NCBI GenBank assembly: GCA_013265495.1
Contig: MU058547.1
Location: 62,001 to 88,395, forward strand
From: Vicugna vicugna
Taxonomy: Eukaryota
Length of the DNA: 26,395 nucleotides
Reading direction: 5' to 3'
Shown: in pieces, positions 10,366-22,232 of the stretch
Layout of the letters: the number at the start of each line of letters is the position of its first letter
How positions within the stretch are numbered: position 1 is the first letter of the stretch
Program-made: the position numbers and the translations under genes
The notes under the pieces: model-generated
Told to the model about the DNA's origin: nothing
Database searches by the model: none
Seen by the model: the letters and a program-made list of their open reading frames with translations, nothing else

Positions 10366-10801
10366 TCTCATTGCTCTGCCCCACTTTCGGGTCAGCACTC
10401 ATGATCTCATGGTGGTTACCCCCACACTACCAGAGGCTGCCCTTCTCAGGCCTCCAGATCCAAGAATCATGGTGCTCTTGTTTCATCTGGGAGTCATCTG
10501 CCTGGACATCATATTCCTGAGTGTCCCCATGCTCAGCCCCTCTGCACAGATGGGGCCTGGAGGACGTTGTGGTCCCCGGGTCCGTAAGGCGGGCTGCTCT
10601 GATGGCATTCACTGAATCAGGCAAACACTGGGCATCTGGGTAACTGGGCAGCGGGTATTTAGAAGCTCTGGACAGGCCTGAAAGCCTCTGGACACTGTTC
10701 ATGACATACCTGAGGCATGTTCACACCCAGCAGAGACACTGTCTGGTGACAGAAGTGTCAGGGCTCCTCTGGCAGCCAGGACCCAGCCCTGGGTCTGAAT
10801 C

Positions 10802-11718
10802 GAGCTCTCAGTCCCAGCCTTCATGGCATAGAAGCCACATTCTCCACCTGATTCTCCTGGAGCCTCTGCCCAGAACCACAGCCCCATTGTGGTCAGGGGA
10901 GCCCCCGCGCCAGCCTTATGCCCTGGGTGGAGATGCCCAGCCAGAGATACCCACTCAGGAGCAGGAGGGACAGAGCCAGACAGAGGGTTGAAGCAGAGGG
11001 AGGCAGGAGACCCTAGGTGGACAAGGGGAGGATTCCAGAAATGGCCACCTGCCCAGCAAGGTGAGGGCAGGGTTGCTGAGCCCCTCTCCAAAACAGGCAC
11101 ATTCCGAGGGCCACTCTTGGAAGCTCAGGTTGTGGGGGTGGCAGAGTGATGGGTTAGGGGCCCTTACAGCTGCCCAGGGCTCTGCTGGGCCCTTGAATGC
11201 CAGCTCTCCAGTCCCCCCAGCAGTGTGAGCTCACAGTGACCTGTGTGCTTGCTGAAGGCAAAACTGAGGCCTGAGAGGTCAGGGAAGTTGCCAAGGCCAC
11301 TGGGAGAGTAAGTGGCAGCAGCCAGAGCTGCCTGAAATCAACCTGCTCCTCCTGAGAGGGGCTGGGAGCCCATAACTGTGCCTTGTGGATGTGCCCCCAA
11401 ATCCTCTGCCCCATCCCCCCGACTTCATCCCTGCCACCCATCGCCCTGGAGACCCGAGTGTTGTAGGATTTCCACGGGTACCCCTTATTCCAGCAGGTGC
11501 AGGAGTCCTGGCTCCTTCTCATGAAGCTTTCAGTGCACTGGTCCCAGGCCTTAGAGTGAGTCACAGACTAAGAGATGGAATGTCAGCTGGGACCTGCGTC
11601 TCTGTGAACCAGAGTCACCCCAGCCCTGAGTGTGCAGAGTGTGGTTCTGGGGAGAGGCTCCAGGAGAATCAGGTGGAGAATGCTGCTTCCATGCAAGTAA
11701 GGCTGGGACTGAGAACTC
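10802..11718. repeat. 79-bp inverted repeat pair (10802-10880 / 11640-11718)
   Basis: Reverse complement of arm 1 matches arm 2 at 71/79 positions by manual alignment. Confidence 0.9.
11245..11350 (-). mobile_element. MIR fragment
   Basis: 'aaaactgaggcctgagaggtcagggaagttgccaaggccac...gtaagtggcag'. Confidence 0.6.
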
Positions 11719-12189
11719 AAACTGCCAGGCTGCCTGGGGACACATTACCCAGGAGTGTCCTCATGACCTTCCGGGTACTATGGCAGTCAGTCTTGTTTAC
11801 TGTAACCTTCTGTGAAGTGACCCTGTCTTTCTGCCCCACCGCCTTTTATTCCACAGAGGAATCTTTCTAATAATGGTCCCTTCCCGACCATCTTGCTGCA
11901 CACATATGTGAAATGATGCAACAAGACAGTCTAGTTTCTCAGTCTTGAGCCAAACCCTGACTCCCATCCAAGGTCTGATTCTCCTTCTTCACTGCCTTTC
12001 CCAGGGCAGTCCATTCACTTCATGAAAATCAATTCTCCTAGATCCGTCAGGAAAGTCACATAACATTGTGAAACCTTCCCCTGGCTCACTGAATGTGATG
12101 CTGACAGTGATACAGCTGTCCCCAGAGAGTACAGCCTGGGTGATGTCGCCACCACACAAGGCCCTTTACCTACGAATCTCATTTCATTG

Positions 12190-12370
12190 TCACAATAACA
12201 GCGGTCATTTATATGGAGCAGGGACGGCCAGACACTGAGTACTTTACACAAGCTCATGCTTTTCATCCTTCCAACAACTGAATGGCGGAGGAAGCTGACC
12301 CCTACTCAGTGGAGTCACCTGCCCAGTTGCACAGCCATGAAGCAGGAAGATCAGTACCAAAGCCAGGCAC
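12190..12370 (-). mobile_element. MIR fragment
   Basis: 'aataacagcggtcatttat...gccagacactg...tttcatccttccaacaac...ggaagctgac...acctgcccagttgcacagc'. Confidence 0.55.
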
Positions 12371-12920
12371 CCAGCTCCTCCCCACGAGCTTGGCTGCCTC
12401 TCCGTCCTACCAGGTGTCACTGCTCTGCATTTTGAAGCTGAAGAAATTGAGGCTCTGACATCCCATGATAGGGCTGGGGGGGTTAGCGGGGCTGTGAATG
12501 ACTCCATGGGAGGCTCACTTCCTAGTGCAGTCTACGTCTCCTATATCCTGCTGTCAGGGTGATAGAGAAACATCTGGAAAGTACTTCCTTCTTCATGCAA
12601 ACCATTGTGAATGTTAATTGCTATATTCACACTGTTGTTTGCAGACTGTTTCAATTTGAGCTCATATGTATTTGCTGGAAACAGTTGTCCTGGGTAACAA
12701 TTAGAGCTGCAGACAGGCCGTATGATGCGCTCATGGCCAAGGAGGTCCTGAGTCCCTGTCCTTTGACCTCGTCCACAGAGGGGTATGTGATAAAAGCTGG
12801 GATAGGGCTTCAGCCCTCCAGGAAGTCCTAAGTTGACAGCTGTGCTTCAGGAAAGTCTCAGATCATGACTTTGGGGTAGTGATGGAAGCAGGCTTGATGA
12901 CCCCTGCACCCCCACTCCTC

Positions 12921-12990
12921 ACACACATGCAGGCACACGCACACGCACACACACAGACACAGGCACAGGCACAGGCACACGCACACACAT
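12921..12990. repeat. compound (CA)n/(CAGGCA)n/(CACGCA)n microsatellite
   Basis: acacacatgcaggcacacgcacacgcacacacacagacacaggcacaggcacaggcacacgcacacacat. Confidence 0.9.
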
Positions 12991-13537
12991 CCCTATGTAG
13001 TAAGCAGGAAATTCAGAATTGGAGCCCAAGCTCCAAAGCACTGGAAGTTAAGATTCAATCAGCCATGTGCCAGTCGTGTCAAGAAACATCCCTTCTCTGT
13101 GGAGCAACTGAACGAAAGTCCTGGGGCAGCTGGGCTTGGCAGTTGGAAAAGCTGGAAATCAAATACTATCTTCATCAATCCAATGGTCACGATGTTCACA
13201 CGATACCCAGTGTCACACATGGGGTGTGGGGGACAGATACACAGCAGCCCTGTAGGTCACAGTGTTGCAGGAACACCAAAGTCAGGAGTTTCCCTGCATG
13301 TGGATCCACACATACAGAGCCCACTGATGACGAATGGATGGATGAGCCCTTCCAGTCACATGTGCTTCTGTGCAGATACCTTAATCATTTCTCTGACATT
13401 TTGGATCTGTCAATATAAATCTGCTTTGGGGGCCACTGTCAGGGATGTGGAAGTTTGCCTTGGCATTTTCAGGAGTGATCATAGGAAAGAACTTGCTTCA
13501 ACCTGTTACCAAGTCTGTGAACTTGGCCTAGTTTCTG

Positions 13538-14763
13538 CAAGCCTTGCCTTTTTTTATCTCAAAGATTTGGATCAAACAATGCAGTTATGAAGAATGCCCA
13601 TTTCAGTTTGGTGAGGCTAAGGGCATACCATTGTGAGCCCAAAGGCCAAAGGTGTGGAGTCCCACTGACAGATCCAGTCCAAGGCTGCCTGCCGATTATC
13701 CCATCTGGTGGTGGTTGCCACTCGAGCATCAGTATAGACGGGGACGCTTCTGTCCCTGTTCTGTCTGGGATGAACATCAGGAGAACAACAGCATGTCTGA
13801 GAATCTCCCATGTTCACTGATGCCTGTCCTCTCTTAGTGCTTGCCTGGGAAGATAACGGAGACGGGGACCCATTCTTTGCTTCCTGTTCTGGAGAAGAGT
13901 GTACCTGCTGGGTCCCCACCTTGACACACCCTCCTTTCTCACAGTTGGAAAGGGAGCAGCCTGTGTTCCTATAGGGCTTTCCCTTGAGACATAAAAGATG
14001 TTGTGTGTGAAAGCACCTAGCATGGAAAAATGAATACGAAGCTCTTGAGAATGAAGAGAGAGAAGGAAATGAGACAAAATATGATCTGAGTTGGACCATG
14101 CCTGGAAAGTGGTGGTAACCAGGAGACAGAGCCCACGTCAGGCTTGGGAGAAGACATGGGGAAAGGTGAATGGTTAGCAATTGGCACAACCCCAGGACTC
14201 TTGGGTCCCAGAGCTGTCACGTCGTCCTCACACAAAGGCTAGCACAGGGGACCCTCTTGGCTTCATCACAGATCCTATAGATGGGCAGGAAGAAGTTGAG
14301 GAGGACAAGGGACCACCCCTTCCTGGCTCCTGTTGAACCTCCCACTCATACCAGAACAGGTTTACTTATTGATTATTACCCTGAAGGTGATGCAGTTATA
14401 GGGAGGATGCATATAAGGTAAAGTTGGGCAGCTGGGCCTCAGCTTTCTGGATATATTTTGAGAGGTTTCTTACCTGGGCTAACTTTGTGCTAAAGACTTC
14501 ATGGTCTCTAATCTTTGCCTTAAAACAAGGAGCACAAGAGAAGGCAGTTAATGAGGAGGCTGTATTCTGGAGGACACTGGTTTGCATTGCAGTCCAGTCT
14601 TTTGTTGGACTGGACCACGTGACCCAGTGGTCAGTGGCAGGCCTTCCATCACAGGGCATCCAGGCCGGAAGTCAGGAGCCTAATCTTAGCCACCCCCCAC
14701 CAAGTTGCCACAACTCCCCAGAGACAGACAAGTAATGATAAAGTCTCAGAGATCAGGCTTCTT
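13538..14763 (+). repeat. copy 1 of a diverged ~1.2-1.3 kb direct duplication (in last ANTXRL intron)
   Basis: Collinear shared blocks with 23109-24429, e.g. gttctgtctgggatgaacatcaggagaaca, ctcacagttggaaagggagca, gtgtgtgaaagca, tcaggcttctt. Confidence 0.92.
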
Positions 14764-15634
14764 ACTCAAAAAGAAACATGATTGCCAGGTTCATAAGAAA
14801 GACTGAGTAGGCATAGTCATTTTTGTTGGAAATGAAGTTAAGGGGATTCATAGAGACAGGAGGACTTAGGGTGAGTCTTAAAAGGTGAGTAGCAGGCCAC
14901 TAGGCAAACAAGACAAAGAAGGACACGCCAAAGAGAGAAAATAGCTTATTTAAAAACTTAGAAATAGAAGCTAGTTGCTCCAGGAAAGATTTTTATCTGA
15001 CTGCCTGTGTCCTAAGCAGCCCAGAGACGCTGTCAGCTTGTCAGTGTACCTGGGCTCTGTCACATCCAGGACTCTCATCTGGGGACAAGGGGAACATGAC
15101 ATCAAAGCCAGGGATAGTTGGTGCTGCAAACAGATTATGCCGTCTCAAACAGGGAACCAGCGTGTGCTGCTGACTTCACAGTCCATCACCCACCTGAGGG
15201 TGCCCCCATCTGCCCTTGCCCTGCAGGCCCTGAACCGAGCCTGAAGGTTGTGGTAAGGCTCATCCCTTCAGCACACACTCACCAAGAGAGCCTTGGTGCT
15301 GGTGTTAAAGTGGGGGGCAGGCCTTGTCCTTGCTCCCCAGGCTCCCAGTCTAGCAGGTAACAGACAAGTTCAACATCAGAGCAGCGAGAGTCAGAGTCAA
15401 AACAGTGGGGCTCCCTAAGGGAAGGGAGGGCAGATGTCCAATCCCTGAACAGAGTCTAGAAATAAGAGCATAGGCTTGAGGCCAGCATCCAGGGGAAGGA
15501 AGGGCATCAAAAAAAGCCCACCTTGTGGAGACTGGCAGGTACTCAGCCTCATCCCCTGAGCCAAGGAAACCACAGCCTTTGACTCCCAATTCCAGTGGCT
15601 TCTCAGTGACCCTCTCTCTCTCCTCTTCATACAG

Positions 15635-15862
15635 GGGAGGTGCATCAATTGTGCCTTAATGGAGCGCCAGTGCAAGCAAATGCTCTGCGGCCAAAACACC
15701 TGCCTTCCACCCAACCAGGAGAGCTTCCCCCTCAACAGCTGGTGCTCGCATTCTCAATGCTTTCCACCCATTTGCTCTCAGCCACCCTCCAGGTTGCCGC
15801 CACTGATCTCTCCCCCTGCCCTGGAGCCCTGCAGAGCTACTTTGTCCCTCCCACCCCCATAG
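15635..15862 (+). CDS. ANTXRL: ANTXRL-like terminal coding exon
   Basis: ctctctctctcctcttcatacag|GGG AGG TGC ATC AAT...CCA TAG; GRCINCALMERQCKQMLCGQNTCLPPNQESFPLNSWCSHSQCFPPICSQPPSRLPPLISPPALEPCRATLSLPPP*, like ANTXR1 GRCINF and ANTXRL PPSRMLPLLSP...LSLPP. Confidence 0.9.
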   Translation, partial: GRCINCALMERQCKQMLCGQNTCLPPNQESFPLNSWCSHSQCFPPICSQPPSRLPPLISPPALEPCRATLSLPPP

Positions 15863-15883
15863 CCCAACACCCAAAACACCAAA

Positions 15884-15889
15884 AATACA
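15884..15889 (+). terminator. candidate variant polyadenylation signal AATACA
   Basis: About 20 nt after the stop, followed by T/GT-rich sequence (ttttgtagtggcttg...ttgtgtcttggttt); no AATAAA nearby. Confidence 0.4.
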
Positions 15890-16189
15890 AAATCGTTACG
15901 AGCCCCTTTTGTAGTGGCTTGGGCATATATATTGTGTCTTGGTTTATAGTCAAAAGGAGTTGGAATTTGCTGCTGATCAGCAAGAGAGTTTGTTAAGTAA
16001 TGAGCATTGCTCTACGGTATGAGAAGCAACTATACTGCTCCTTCCAGGACAAAGCACCCCGGTGTCCTGTGGGTGTAGGCGTGATGAGTACGTTTCCCCA
16101 CAGACAGGTCCTTATCTGTCACCAAGGGATGGGATGCTTGGGGTTTTACCCAAAATATGCTCTTTCAAAAAAGCCCAAGATATCTTTGA

Positions 16190-16400
16190 TGTTTGAATAC
16201 AATCTGGTGTCCATTACTCACTTGCTGTTACTTAATCTCTTCGACAATTTACTTAATCTCCTAGTGCTTCAATTTCCTCACTGAAAAGATGTGGACAATG
16301 GTATCTCCTCTACAGGTTGCCTTGAGGGTGATAGTTAACTGCTGCAACATGCTCAGCACCGGGCAACGTTTCTGGTAAAGACTCAGGGGCCCCTTTGTTA
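16190..16400 (+). mobile_element. MIR SINE
   Basis: 'caatttacttaatctcctagtgcttcaatttcctcactgaaaagatgtggacaatggtatctcctctacaggttgccttgagg'. Confidence 0.7.
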
Positions 16401-16899
16401 ATGTCTTCCCTCCCTGCACCTGGAGAGGAGAGGATGATGAGCTCAGAGACATCAAGAAATATGTGGTGAGGACAAGGGTGTCAGAAAAAAAAAATCACGA
16501 CTGGGCCTTTCAGCTCTGGATATCAAGACGTGTAGTTGGCACATGTGAGAATTCTATGTAAACTGCTGACCACATGTAGGTTAACATCCAAGGCCACCAC
16601 TCATGTAATCTCCAAAACATCATCAAAAAAGGTCCTGATGCCTACTACCTCCTTCAGAGTTGTTAGTTCCCTTCTTTTACCTTAACATTTCTCCTCATAT
16701 AAAGGAAATTCCTGATGCCCTATTTTCCAAGCTTTCAAGTCAGCTCCTCCATTGACAGAGATGGACCTCCTAATTTTTTAGATCCCTCCTGCAGAAGCCT
16801 TAGAAGATGTAAAATTTTCCTTACACACTTGTATGCTAAAGGACTATCAATAGACAAGAATACACTGTGAAAATCACAGAACAGGTATAAAGATGAAGC

Positions 16900-18285
16900 A
16901 ACACCCTGGACCACAAAGTCCACGAAGGGAAGAAGAGACTGCTTACTCAGATGTGCACATACCAATGCAACAAATCAGGGACCATGAAGAATCAAGTAAA
17001 ATGAAATGATGAAAATAAATAAATAAATCTGTAGTAGTCTAGAGGAATAGACATCTATGAACTGTCTTACAAAGAATTCAAAATAATCCTCTTAAAATAA
17101 TTTATTGAAAACAAGAACACAAAGACAAACAACTATATGAAATTCGGGGTAAAAATGTATGAACAAAATGAGAAGTTCACCAAAGAAATAGAAACCATCA
17201 AAATAAATAGAAACTTGAGCTGAAGATTACAATGACTGTACTGAAGAATACAATAGAGATCTTCGCAACAAACTCGAGCAAGCAGAAGAAAGAATCAGAG
17301 AACTAAAAGATAGTCATTTGAAATTATCCTGTCACAGAAGTGAAAAGAAAAATATTTAAAAGAGTGAAGAAACACTTTGAAACATTATCAATAGAAATAA
17401 TAATGAATTACAGGGGCCCCACAGGAGAAGAGAGAAAGAGACAGAAAGTATATTTTAAACAAAAGGGTTGAAAACTTAACAAAACATGGAGAGATGGACA
17501 TCCAGATTTATGAGTCTCAAAGGATCCCAAATAGGTTGAACCTCCAATGGCTACAGCAAATTGCATCCCAAGTAAATTGTCTATGGTCAAAGACATAGGT
17601 AAGTTTGAAAGCAACAAGAGAATAATGAGTCATCACATGTAAGTCAGCACCATGAAACTTAAGATGGATTTCTCAGTAGAAACTTTGCAGTCCAGGAGAG
17701 AAAGAGAATATATTCAAATATAGAAGAAAAAAACATTTCAAACAAAAATATGGTACCCAGCAAACCTGTTCTTCAGAAATGAAGGAGACATTGAAAACAT
17801 ACAAAAACAAATAAAGCTGAAAGAGTTCATTACCAGAAGACTTGCTGTACAAGAAATGCTGCAGGAATTTCTTCAAGCAGAAATAAATGAATAATAATTA
17901 GCATTGTGAAAACATAAGAAGTTTCTCAAACTCTTCCAAAGAAATGAAGAGGAGGGAACACTCCCAAAGTCATTTACAAGGCCATCACTATCCTGAATCC
18001 AAAGCCAGAAAAGGGCATTACAAGAAAAGAAAACTACAGACCAATATCCCTGGTGAATATAATGGAAAATTTCCCCCCAAAATACTAGTGAACCAAGTTT
18101 AGCAGCACCATTAAAAGGATCATGCACCATGATCAAGTGGGATTCTCTGAAATGCGAGGATAGTTTGATATACACAAAACAATAAATGTGATACCTCACA
18201 TTAATAGATTGAAAGAAAAAAATCGTATGTTCATCTCAATAGGTGCAGAAAAAGCATTTGACAAAATTCAAGATCCATTGATGAA
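16900..18285 (+). mobile_element. degenerate LINE-1: ORF1 region joined to the start of the ORF2 RT domain
   Basis: A-rich ORF1-like relic (aaagaattcaaaataatc, caagcagaagaaagaatcag, gatttctcagtagaaactttgcag); from ~17922 RT motifs [25 protein letters not shown]; many stops and frameshifts. Confidence 0.9.
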
Positions 18286-19333
18286 TATGGACATGAGCCA
18301 TTAATTCCCTAATGTGAGCATTTACACAGCTTTTGTGAAATTATTCAGTATCTAGGGCAACCTTGAGAATAATCTGTTCACTTAAAATTCTGTGTCTAAC
18401 TGAACTGTTATTCAAGAGTGAGCAAAAAAACATATTTTTAGATGTATGGAACCTAAGTTTAACATCATCACAACCTTGTTGCTGAAAAACCCACTGACTA
18501 TTGAGAATAACTGTATATTGAAAATCACAGGGACAATCACCAATTTGGAGAGTTTTTCTCTTGAAAAGGATGGAGAGTATGAAGTAGGTTGGTTAGGAAG
18601 AGTCTCAGAGGGTAGAACAGTCCCAAATGAGTTTCAGCCTTGAAGCTGGGGAGACCTGGATCCATCAAAGGAGACTGAGCTCTCCTACACACGGGCTGGC
18701 ATCAGTATCCTTGCTGAGCTCAGCTCTTGGCTGGCAGCAGGTACTTGCCTCTGTTTGAATGAGGGGGTGGATTGTGGTCGTGGATGGTGGACCCAGAGCA
18801 CCCTCCTCTTCAGTTATACTCCCTACTGTCAGAAACCTGAGTGGTACATTTTCAAGGCGCCCACTATGTAAATGGACTTGACCTACCAGTTAAAGACAGA
18901 GTTACCAGATTGTTTATAATTCTAGGTGTATACTTTTAAAAGGAAACATATCTAATACATAAGAACAATAAAGAGTGGACTGTAAAAGAATGGATAGTGA
19001 TATGCCAGAGATGCTGGGAAAACCAAAAGGCTATAGAGTCTTCAACAACAATGACAAAAATAGCATTAGGGCTAAAGAGGGCAAGTTCCTAATGATAAAG
19101 TTTCATGTTTAAGAAAGCTACAAAATTGTTAAACTGGAATGCACCTAACAAAAGGAAAATTATATCTGATAAGGAGAATATGCCAAATCCACTGTTATCC
19201 TGAGAAAATTTGAACAATTATCAGTCAAGGCAATATATTACTTAAACTGTAGAAGATTTGAATAATACAATAAACTTGGTATAATGGGACTGGAAAGAAT
19301 CTTCCACTCAGTCATGTATCAAAATAAGTCCCC

Positions 19334-19377
19334 ATAAAAGTAAAAGAAATAAAAGTAAAAGAAATAAAAGTAAAAGA
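19334..19377. repeat. 15-bp tandem repeat (ataaaagtaaaagaa) x ~2.9
   Basis: Directly visible perfect copies. Confidence 0.92.
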
Positions 19378-19824
19378 CCATGTTCGCTGATCACAATACA
19401 ATTTGTTTGGAAATCAATGACAAAAAGAAATTTTGAAAAAATGCATACAATTGAAAATGTAAAATCAGACATATAATTATGGATCAAAGGATAAATCAAA
19501 ACTAAAATTAAAATATTATCAGATGATACTAATTGTTACCTATGGAAACACGAGATACAGTGAAAGAAAAACTTACGATATTTGAGGCTCAAAAGTTTCA
19601 TATTACAGAAAAAAAGGTGAAAATTAATGAGCTCATAATCCAACTAAACATATTAGAAAAAGAATTGTAAAATACTCAAAGAAAATGAAAGAGAGAAGAT
19701 GTGGAAGAAAGGACAAGTAAATTAAATAGAAAACCAAAATTCAACAGGGAGTAATAACAAAACCAATTATTTGAAAAGTTTACAAATATAGATACTACAC
19801 TGATGGAATTGATCAAAAACAAGA

Positions 19825-20022
19825 CAGAGTTTCCCAACGTCTTTTTTAAATGAACGTCCCAGGAGCTTTTTAAAACATTTTTTTTCTGACAGCCGTGCTC
19901 TCTCATGAAGTTTAGTACCACAGATCTACTGTTTATCACTTTGTGTGCTGTGCCTCATACTCAAAAGAGTAAGACAAATTTTCACCCCCTTGGGACAATA
20001 TCCTCCCTGTTGTGAATGCATG
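19825..20022. mobile_element. short non-autonomous hAT/Charlie-like DNA transposon
   Basis: Imperfect TIRs cagagtttcccaac / gttgtgaatgcatg and 8-bp TSD-like flanks aaacaaga / gaataaga; interrupts L1. Confidence 0.6.
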
Positions 20023-20211
20023 GAATAAGAAAAGATACAATTAAGTTATAGTAGGAATTATAAAGAAGGTATAACTAAGGACAGCAGAACCATAAAAATC
20101 GAACGTATTCTGCAAACTTTATGCCAATATACATGAATAGATGTTCATATTCCAAGAAAAACGTAATACTTGAAATGACTGATAAAAGAAATAGAAGCAC
20201 TAAAAATCCAG

Positions 20212-20604
20212 TGTGTTAGTCTGCTCGGGCTGCCACAACAAACTATCACAGGACTAGGGGAATTAAACAGCAGAATTCATTTTCCCCACAGTTCTGGAGG
20301 CTAGAAGTCTAAGGTCAAGGCGTCAGCAGGGTTGGTTTCTGATGAGGCCTCTCTTCCTGGATTGCAGATGGCCGCCTTCCCTCTGTGTCCCCAGCTGCCT
20401 TTCCACTGTGACCGTGTGGACAGACAGCTATGGCGACTCTTCCTCTTCTGATGAGGGCACCAAACCTATAGGATTAGGGCCCAACCCTATGACCTTATTT
20501 AACCATAATCACCTCCTGAAGGCCCCACATCCAAATGCAGTCACATTAAGGATAAGGGCTCAATATATGAATTCGGGGAGAGGGGCATAATTCAGTCCAT
20601 TGTA
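20212..20604 (-). mobile_element. MaLR solo LTR (MLT1A-like)
   Basis: 'tgtgttagtctgctcgggctgccacaacaaa...cacagttctggaggctagaagtctaaggtcaagg...ccaaatgcagtcacatt...aattcagtccat'; 5-bp TSD-like tccag / tttag. Confidence 0.9.
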
Positions 20605-21284
20605 TTTAGTAAATATAAATAAATTGTACCAGTAGTTTAAAGACTTCCTTCAAAGAAAACACCAGGTATAGGAGATAGCATACCAAATATTCAAGAAGCA
20701 GATTATTGTGATCATGTTCAAAATCTTTCCAAAGAGAACATAAAACACTTCCAGGTACATTTTATGAGGCTAATATTACCTAGTATCAAATTCAGATAAG
20801 AACAGCACAAAAATAGAAAATTACAGGCCAGTTCCTCTCATGATCATAGGCAAAACAAACAAACAAACAAAAAAACCTAAACTAATACCAAACAAATCCA
20901 GTAGTACTTTTAAAAATTATCATGAAGACCAATGTGGGTCTGGTTATAATATGTCAATATTGGTTTCAGATGCATTAATTTAATTAACCATACTAACAGA
21001 TTACTATAGAGAAATATATATTTCTCACCAAATATACAGGAAAAAATTAGATAAAATTCAACACTCATTCTTGATTTCTAGCACACCAGGAATAGAAGTG
21101 ATGTGCCCTTATCTGATAAAGGATTTCAACCAAAAGGTTTCAATAAATACCATTCTTAATGGTGATGTGTTAGAAGCATTCTCTTTAAAATCAAGAATGC
21201 CTCCAACACAGCTCTAGTCAACACTTCACTAGAAAAATAATCAGAACAATGTTTTTGGGGGGACAAGGGTTGGGTTTTTTAATT

Positions 21285-21420
21285 ATTTATAGTAACCCAA
21301 ATTATATTCAATACCTTATATAACCTGTAATGGAACAAAATCTGAAAAAAATATAACTGAATCCCTTTGATGTATACCTGAAACTAACAATATTGTAAAT
21401 CAATATACTTCAATTAAAAA
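21285..21420 (+). mobile_element. LINE-1 extreme 3' end
   Basis: 'tatattcaatacct...aactgaatccctttgatgtatacctgaaactaacaatattgtaaatcaatatacttcaattaaaaa'. Confidence 0.8.
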
Positions 21421-21437
21421 GATACTAAACTAGTAGG

Positions 21438-21723
21438 GCGGTGGGTGGGAAGGGACAGACTGAGGTTTCAAAATTTGTAGACACTGAGAGGCATATGCAG
21501 AATAGATAAACAAGATTATACTGTACGGTACAGGGAAATATCTACAAGGTCTTGTGGTAGCTCACAGCAAAAAAAAATGTGACAGTGAATATATGTATGT
21601 TCATATATAACTGAAAAATTGTGCTCTACACTGGAATTTGACACAACATTGTAAAATGACTACAACTTAATAAAAAAATGTTAAAAAAAAAAAGGAAGAA
21701 AGAAAAATAAATAAATAAATAAG
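21438..21723 (+). mobile_element. younger 5'-truncated camelid-type LINE-1 3' end with A-rich tail
   Basis: 'gaatagataaacaagattatactgta...actggaatttgacacaacattgtaaaatgactacaacttaataaaa' plus poly-A; TSD aaactagtagg (21427-21437) / aaactaatagg (21724-21734). Confidence 0.85.
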
Positions 21724-21811
21724 AAACTAATAGGAAAATATATAAAGATGTGACAATACCAAGTTTCATGAAGGATGTGAATCAAGTAAAACCTAGTATG
21801 ATGTTGGGAAT

Positions 21812-22105
21812 ACACTAGATTTCATCAATTCCAAATATCATTTATTTAAGATATTCTGTTATTTTAAACAATTTAAAAAAAGCAATAGTAATTGCTAAGA
21901 CAATGCTTTATTTTTGTTACACATATTGAAAGATCTATTTTAGACCTATTAGAGAATAAGTTTTAGTATATTTCAATCCTTTGTGCATATAAAAGAAAAC
22001 AAAACAAAATAAATTGGTTAAAATACTTCTAAAAATTTGTACATACACAGTCTGAGTTTTTGAATCACTTTTGACTCAGTTGTTAATGCCCGGTGTTGAT
22101 CCATG
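21812..22105. mobile_element. possible TcMar (Kanga/Tc2-like) DNA transposon relic
   Basis: Starts 'tagatttcatcaattccaaat', like the recalled Tc2-type terminus gtatttcatcgattctaag; AT-rich body. Confidence 0.4.
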
Positions 22106-22124
22106 GAGCAGAGACAGGCCCTCC

Positions 22125-22232
22125 CCACACAGCGCTCTCTGATTTCTGGTCACAGAAACTGTAAGCATAACAAAATAGTTCATTTGTTGTCATTCAGTCT
22201 GGGGTGGTTTGATAGCAGAAGGTAACAGGAAT
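22125..22232 (+). mobile_element. MLT1 LTR 3' end fragment
   Basis: 'gatttctggtcacagaaactgtaagcataacaaaatag...ggggtggtttgatagcag...taacagga'. Confidence 0.65.

Larger units (their letters stand above)
5781..15862 (+). pseudogene. ANTXRL: ANTXRL-like gene, 3' half only (stalk, TM, cytoplasmic tail); frameshifted and 5'-truncated in this sequence
   Basis: Six GT-AG exons with compatible phases whose translation follows ANTXRL/ANTXR motifs (W..RLCCK / TIK.PPP / TCPTVI..CGCQG / GKLD / GRCIN / PPSRLPPLISP); 1-nt deletion near 5897; no vWA or Ig exon found upstream. Confidence 0.7.
18860..21245 (+). mobile_element. old, highly decayed LINE-1 ORF2 (endonuclease to RT) with nested insertions
   Basis: 'atgtaaatggacttgacctaccagttaaagacagag' (NVNGL-like EN start), later 'gaaaattacaggccagttcctctcatg' and 'gataaaattcaacactcattc' RT relics. 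Confidence 0.75.

Noticed and set aside
12879..13418. 179-aa ORF with HAHAHTQTQAQAQ
   Set aside because: The low-complexity part comes from a microsatellite; no recognisable homology.
13587..13837. Similar short ORFs in both duplication copies (vs 23219-23523)
   Set aside because: Similarity appears in more than one frame with frame-breaking indels, as expected from DNA duplication rather than coding constraint.
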